From: an uncultured Chloroflexia bacterium
GTDB taxonomy: Bacteria > Chloroflexota > Limnocylindria > QHBO01
NCBI GenBank assembly: GCA_963814375.1
Contig: CAWFCQ010000001.1
Coordinates: forward strand, 22,043-86,042
Direction: 5' to 3'
Length of the DNA: 64,000 nt
How positions within the stretch are numbered: position 1 is the first letter of the stretch; each line of letters begins with the position of its first letter. A model generated the notes under the pieces. The model did not search any database. It worked only from the letters and a program-made list of their open reading frames with translations, and was not told the origin of the DNA. Shown here piece by piece: positions 59,272 through 64,000 of this stretch. The position numbers and the translations under genes were made by a program.

Positions 59272-60672
59272 ATGACGACGTCCGCACCGATCACCTCCCT
59301 CATCGAACAGCTGCAGAGTGGCCTGCGCGGCCGCCTGGTCCTTCCCGATGCTCCCGACTACGACGCCCTCCGCACGGTGGTGGCCGGCGACATCGATCGC
59401 CGACCGGCCGCGATCGCCCTCGTTGCCGATGCGGCCGACGTCCAGCATGTGGTGCGGGTGGCGGGCGCCACCGGCGTCGAGCTGGCGGTGCGCTGCGGCG
59501 GCCACAGCGGCGCAGGGCACAGCGTGACCGAAGGTGGCGTGGTTCTCGACCTCCGCGAGATGAAGCGGCTCGAGATCGACGCAGTCCAGCGCACGGCCGA
59601 CGCGGAGGCCGGCCTCACCGCGGCCGAAGTCACGAGCGCCGCCGCAGAGCAGGGCCTCGCCGTCGGCTTCGGCGATACCGGCTCCGTCGGCATCGGTGGC
59701 ATCACGCTCGGCGGCGGCGTCGGCTACCTCGTGCGCAAGCACGGCCTCACGATCGACTCGCTCCTCGGCGCCGACATCGTCACCGCCGACGGTGAGCTGC
59801 TCGAGGTCGACGCCGAGCATTACCCCGACCTGTTCTGGGCCATCCGCGGAGGTGGAGGCAACTTCGGCGTGGCGACGCGCTTCCGCTATCGGCTTCACCC
59901 GATGGAGGGCTTCGTTGGCGGCATGCTGGTCCTGCCGGCGACGGCCGACTCGATCGTCGCGTTCATCGCGGCCGCCGAGGCTGCGCCGGAGGAAGTCTCG
60001 ACGATCGCGAATGTCATGACGGCGCCGCCGATGCCCTTCCTCCCGGAGGAGACCGTGGGCAAGCCAGTGATTCTCGGGATGCTGGCGTACTCCGGCAACC
60101 CGGAGGAAGGCGAGCGCGCACTGGCGCCCTTCCGTGCGATCGCGGAGCCGCTGGCCGACATGGTCAAGCCGATGCCGTACCCGGAGATGTATGCGGCCGA
60201 GGAGGGGGAGGGGGAATACCACCCGCTGGCGGTCGCGGCCACGATGCACATCGATCGCGTCGATCGCGACGCCGCCGTCACGATCGTCGAGTTCCTCGAG
60301 GCGTCCGATGCGCCGATGCGCGTCGCCCAGCTCCGGGTGCTGGGAGGCGCCATGGCCCGCGTCGCTAACGATGCGACGGCGTACGCCCACCGGCAGAGCC
60401 GGATCATGGTCAACCTGGCCGCCTTCTACGAGGGTCCCGACGATCGTCCGCGGCGCCAGGCCTGGCTCGATGACTTTGCCGCGGCCCTCGACCAGGGCGA
60501 TCCGGCGGCGTACGTGAACTTCCTCGGCGACGAGGGCGAGGAGCGTGTCCGAGCCGCCTACCCCGGACGCGCCTGGGAGCGCCTGGCCGAGGTCAAGGCC
60601 CGATACGATCCTGCGAACCTCTTCCGCCTCAACCAGAACGTCCCGCCGTCGGCCGGGAGCGCGGAACGGTGA
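59272..60672 (+). CDS. FAD-binding oxidoreductase (VAO/berberine-bridge family)
   Basis: RCGGHS (covalent His), DLFWAIRGGGGNFG, YVNF and KARYDP.N.F. Confidence 0.93.
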   Translation: MTTSAPITSLIEQLQSGLRGRLVLPDAPDYDALRTVVAGDIDRRPAAIALVADAADVQHVVRVAGATGVELAVRCGGHSGAGHSVTEGGVVLDLREMKRLEIDAVQRTADAEAGLTAAEVTSAAAEQGLAVGFGDTGSVGIGGITLGGGVGYLVRKHGLTIDSLLGADIVTADGELLEVDAEHYPDLFWAIRGGGGNFGVATRFRYRLHPMEGFVGGMLVLPATADSIVAFIAAAEAAPEEVSTIANVMTAPPMPFLPEETVGKPVILGMLAYSGNPEEGERALAPFRAIAEPLADMVKPMPYPEMYAAEEGEGEYHPLAVAATMHIDRVDRDAAVTIVEFLEASDAPMRVAQLRVLGGAMARVANDATAYAHRQSRIMVNLAAFYEGPDDRPRRQAWLDDFAAALDQGDPAAYVNFLGDEGEERVRAAYPGRAWERLAEVKARYDPANLFRLNQNVPPSAGSAER

Positions 60673-61169
60673 GCTACCCGGAGCCGCGGTATCGCGGCGA
60701 GTCGGGAGAAGCCAGCGCGGCCCTTCGTCCGGCGGCGCAGCCGCCCGACCTGGAGTATCCGAACGGCACCACGGTCCACTACCTTGCCACCGGAGCGTCG
60801 ACCGATGGGCTGTTCGGGCTCTATCGCTGGGATATGGGGCCGCAGCCCAGCGGTCCCGATCCGCACTTCCACCGAACGATCGCCGAGTCCTTCTACGTGC
60901 TGTCCGGGGCGGTTCGCATCCACGACGGCACGGCATGGCGGGACGCCGGGCCGGGCGACTTCGTCCACGTCCCGCCGGGCGGCATCCACGCGTTCCGCAA
61001 CGACTCCGGCGAGCCGGCAACGATGCTCATCCACTTCGCTCCGGGCGCTCCGCGCGAGGAGTACTTCGAGGGCATGCGCGGCATGGTCGGCGCCAGCGAG
61101 GAGGAGCGAGCAGCGTTCCTGCTGCTCCATGATCAGTACACCGTGGAAGCGGAGGATGGTGAGGCATGA
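60669..61169 (+). CDS. cupin domain protein
   Basis: PHFHRTIAESFYVLSG and VPPGGIHAFRN. Confidence 0.9.
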   Translation: MSYPEPRYRGESGEASAALRPAAQPPDLEYPNGTTVHYLATGASTDGLFGLYRWDMGPQPSGPDPHFHRTIAESFYVLSGAVRIHDGTAWRDAGPGDFVHVPPGGIHAFRNDSGEPATMLIHFAPGAPREEYFEGMRGMVGASEEERAAFLLLHDQYTVEAEDGEA

Positions 61170-61525
61170 CCGCCGCGCCCGAGGTCGATGCATTCCTCGC
61201 ACGTCTGCCGGACGACCAGCGTGCGGCGCTCGAGAGCCTGCGCCGCGTGATCCGCGCCGCCGTTCCCGCGGCGACCGAGGCCATCAGCTACGGCGTCCCG
61301 GCCTTCAAGCTCAATGGGAGGCCGCTCGTCAGCTATGGCGCGGGCAAGACGCACTGCGCCTTCTACGTGCAGAGCCCAGCCGTCATGGAGGCGCATGCCG
61401 CGCAGCTCACGGCCTGGGAAACCAGCAAGGGAACGGTCCGCTTCGATCCGGCCAACCCACTGCCCGCCGACCTTGTCGAGACCCTCGTACGAGCTCGAGT
61501 CACGGAGAGCGATCCGAACGGGTAG
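61166..61525 (+). CDS. DUF1801 (YdhG-like) protein
   Basis: VDAFLARLP, ISYGVPAF and SKGTVRF. Confidence 0.88.
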   Translation: MTAAPEVDAFLARLPDDQRAALESLRRVIRAAVPAATEAISYGVPAFKLNGRPLVSYGAGKTHCAFYVQSPAVMEAHAAQLTAWETSKGTVRFDPANPLPADLVETLVRARVTESDPNG

Positions 61526-61746
61526 CGGTCCTCTCGACTCCGCAGATGAGGCCAGATGGGTCGATCGGCACGGCGCTCGGGTTGGCGAATCTTCACCGGG
61601 TGAAAGCCCGGACCGGTCGCGCACCCGCCTACCGTTCGATCACACGCGGCGTCAGGCCGCGTCCGAGCCACACCCCGCACCGGCGCTGACCTTCTGCTGC
61701 CCGTCGTGGAACGGCGACCACGACGAACGAGCAGTGGGAGCAGTCA

Positions 61747-61926
61747 ATGACGTCCGAAGCCATCGCGAAGCCACAGCGGGAATCCGCGATCGAACATGCC
61801 GAGCCGTTTCCAGCATGCCCGAACGGCTGTGGCTCGCCGGTGTACCTGTACGTCGCACCCAACGGCTGGGAGACGTGGGTTCACGTCCACAACCGCGGCG
61901 TGTCATGCCTCGATCCCAACCACTGA
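61747..61926 (+). CDS. 59-aa Cys/His-containing microprotein (not in ORF track)
   Basis: GGGAG RBS; MTSEAIAKPQ...CPNGCGSPVYLY...WVHVHNRGVSCLDPNH. Confidence 0.55.
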   Translation: MTSEAIAKPQRESAIEHAEPFPACPNGCGSPVYLYVAPNGWETWVHVHNRGVSCLDPNH

Positions 61927-61959
61927 GACTCGAGAGCGGCTGAAGGCCGGCCGCCTGGC

Positions 61960-62619
61960 CTACACCTGCTCCATCGTCACGATGGGGCCTTCCAACTTCA
62001 CGCCGGTCGCGTGAATCGGGCAGTAGCCGTTCGGCCGCTTGGAGAGGTACTGCTGGTGGTAGTCCTCGGCGAAGTAGAACTCGCCCGCGGGCCTGATCTC
62101 GGTAGCGATCTGGCCGTAGCCTGCCTTCGACAGCTCGGCCTGGTACATGTCGCGTGACGCGGCGGCCGCTGCGGCCTGCGCGTCACCGTGGGTGAAGATC
62201 GCCGAGCGATACTGGGTGCCGACGTCGTTGCCCTGGCGCATTCCCTGGGTCGGGTCGTGCGCCTCCCAGAAGAGCTTGAGCAGCTGCGCGTACGTGATGC
62301 GTGACGGATCGAAGACCACGCGCACCGCCTCGGCGTGTCCGGTCCTGCCGCTGCACACCTCTTCGTAGGTCGGGTTCGGCGTGAAGCCGCCCTCGTACCC
62401 GACGGCCGTGACGATCACCCCGGGCTGCTGCCAGAAGAGCTTCTCCTCGCCCCAGAAGCAGCCGAGCGCGAACTCGGCGATCTCGCTGCCCTCGGGATAC
62501 GGCGGCTTGAGCGGCGCACCGTTGATGTCGTGGGTCTCCGCCGTTGGGATTGGCATGGGACGGCCCGGCAGTGCATCGGCCGGGTCCGGCAGGTTCTTGG
62601 GCTTTCCGAATCCGAACAT
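61960..62619 (-). CDS. msrA: peptide-methionine (S)-S-oxide reductase
   Basis: [30 protein letters not shown] and AEDYHQQY. Confidence 0.97.
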   Translation of the reverse strand: MFGFGKPKNLPDPADALPGRPMPIPTAETHDINGAPLKPPYPEGSEIAEFALGCFWGEEKLFWQQPGVIVTAVGYEGGFTPNPTYEEVCSGRTGHAEAVRVVFDPSRITYAQLLKLFWEAHDPTQGMRQGNDVGTQYRSAIFTHGDAQAAAAAASRDMYQAELSKAGYGQIATEIRPAGEFYFAEDYHQQYLSKRPNGYCPIHATGVKLEGPIVTMEQV

Positions 62620-62673
62620 GCTCGAAGTCTACGCTCGGACCCCGCTGCGCGCCCGCGGGCTACCATCGGCCCC

Positions 62674-63093
62674 ATGACCGATGAGCCGGCCGTCCTCCGC
62701 GACGTTCCCGACGACCACCACGGGGAGGTCCATCTCGCCGAGCTGATCATGCCGAACCAGACGAATCATCACGGCACGTTGTTCGGCGGGCACGCGCTCG
62801 GCCTGATGGACCATGCCGGCTGGGTGGCCGCAACGCGCCACGCGCACGCAACGATGGTGACGGTTGCCTCCGACCGCATCGAGTTCAAGGTGCCGGTAAA
62901 GGCCGGCCAGCTGGTCGAGCTCGTGGCACGCATTGCCCGGGTCGGGCGAACCTCGGTGACGGTCGCCGTGGACATGTACGCCGAGACGGTCGCGACCGGA
63001 GAGCGGGTCCTCGCCACGTCGGGCACCTTCGTGTTCGTGGCGATCGATGACGACGGCCGGCCGACCCCGATCGGGACTTCCGTCGGAGGCTAG
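62674..63093 (+). CDS. acyl-CoA thioesterase (hotdog fold, YciA-like)
   Basis: NHHGTLFGG..L.LMD, VGRTS and FVFVAID. Confidence 0.92.
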   Translation: MTDEPAVLRDVPDDHHGEVHLAELIMPNQTNHHGTLFGGHALGLMDHAGWVAATRHAHATMVTVASDRIEFKVPVKAGQLVELVARIARVGRTSVTVAVDMYAETVATGERVLATSGTFVFVAIDDDGRPTPIGTSVGG

Positions 63094-63340
63094 GAGGAAG
63101 CGCCGGGCGTGCATCGCGGATGAACATTTTCCAGGGCCAGCGCGTATCCATTCCACGAGGCGGGTGGGTGCGATGCGGACCCGATGCGCCGCCGGCACGG
63201 ATCGCGACACGGAGCGTCGCAGTGGCCTGAGCGATCCGCGGCCACCGGTGGCCGACGCGTCCGAGACGCCGTCGCAACCCTCCTCGTCCGTCGCCGATCC
63301 TGAGCGGCGCGGCCCAGGGGCGTGGGTCGCGCCGCAGACC

Positions 63341-63946
63341 CTATCTGCGATCGGGTGGGCTCCCCTCGTCGTCGCCGATCACGCAGATGACGGCGCGCGC
63401 ATCCTCGGTGCCCTCGTTGCGCAGCTGGTGCGGCTGGAAGTCGGCGAAGCTGATCGAGTCCCCGGCGCCAAGGCGGTACTCGCTGAAGCCGACGCGGAAC
63501 GTCAGCTCGCCGGCGAGCACGAGAAAGAGATCGCGGCCCGGGTGACGAAGCAGGTGATCACCGCTGTGCGCGCCGGGCGCGTAGTGGAGCTCCATGAAGC
63601 GCAGCCTCGACTCCTCGCGCGGCAGCAGGTTCTCCCAGGTCACGCCGTGCTCGAGACCGATGCGCTGGCGCGCATCGGCGCGTACCACCTGGGCTCCTCC
63701 CGGTTCGGGGGTGGGGGCATCGGCTGCTTCGCCGAAGAAGGAGGCGACCGGCGTCTCGAGGGCGCCTGCGAGGAGGTAGAGGGTGTCGACGGAAGGCGTG
63801 ACCTTGCCGTTCTCGATCTGGCTCAGCAGGCTCGGGCTCGCCCCGATCTCGCGGGCCAGCTGTCGCAGCGACATTCCCCGTGCCCCCCGAAGGTCGCGCA
63901 GGCGACGGCCGATGTGGGCCGCGTTCAGTCCCTTTGGCTCACCCAT
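63341..63946 (-). CDS. XRE-HTH plus cupin transcriptional regulator
   Basis: SLRQLAREIGASPSLLSQIENG plus a C-terminal cupin domain. Confidence 0.92.
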   Translation of the reverse strand: MGEPKGLNAAHIGRRLRDLRGARGMSLRQLAREIGASPSLLSQIENGKVTPSVDTLYLLAGALETPVASFFGEAADAPTPEPGGAQVVRADARQRIGLEHGVTWENLLPREESRLRFMELHYAPGAHSGDHLLRHPGRDLFLVLAGELTFRVGFSEYRLGAGDSISFADFQPHQLRNEGTEDARAVICVIGDDEGSPPDRR

Positions 63947-64000
63947 CGGCGCGGCAGCCGTTCATTGGGAATGAACTACCTCGGCTCTGCAACCGTATGG

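Noticed and set aside
61629-61862. Minus-strand CxxC-containing ORF
   Set aside because: Overlaps the better-supported plus-strand 59-aa ORF that has an RBS and typical codon usage.
1-64000. tRNA, rRNA, prophage or IS elements
   Set aside because: No cloverleaf, rRNA, phage structural or transposase signatures were recognised by eye; a tool-based scan was not possible.

Overview
High-GC (roughly 70%) bacterial chromosomal segment densely packed with about 80 mostly accessory or housekeeping-adjacent genes. It contains no rRNA, tRNA, CRISPR array, prophage, integrase or transposase that I can support. The gene content suggests a Chloroflexota (possibly Limnocylindria-like) or actinobacterial soil organism, which is an inference: F420-dependent DUF385 reductases, a SigG-like ECF sigma factor, a LAL-type LuxR regulator, a Na+/K+-type membrane pyrophosphatase, GAAC-N4-GTTC SOS boxes and pervasive leaderless genes. 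At least a dozen otherwise intact genes carry single-base indels, most consistent with long-read consensus errors. The most interesting signals are regulatory circuits readable directly from the DNA. (1) Two unlinked small membrane proteins share a C-terminal ELHRELH motif and a 24/32-identical upstream direct-repeat box; one heads an OmpR/BaeS-like two-component operon, suggesting an undescribed two-component regulon. (2) A SigG-like sigma factor sits beside two divergent CGATGA-N18-GTC promoters that would drive an antisense-overlapping STAS gene and an FAD-oxidase/cupin/DUF1801 operon. (3) A LexA-boxed small orphan protein and a LexA-boxed radical SAM gene. (4) A secreted metzincin fused to a possible TIMP-like domain. 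(5) A DUF4331-TPR-Ni/Co transporter operon with an ECF-like promoter. (6) Duplicated TetR/dehydrogenase modules with a shared operator. Several small ORFs missed by the ORF track and structured intergenic palindromes were also found.
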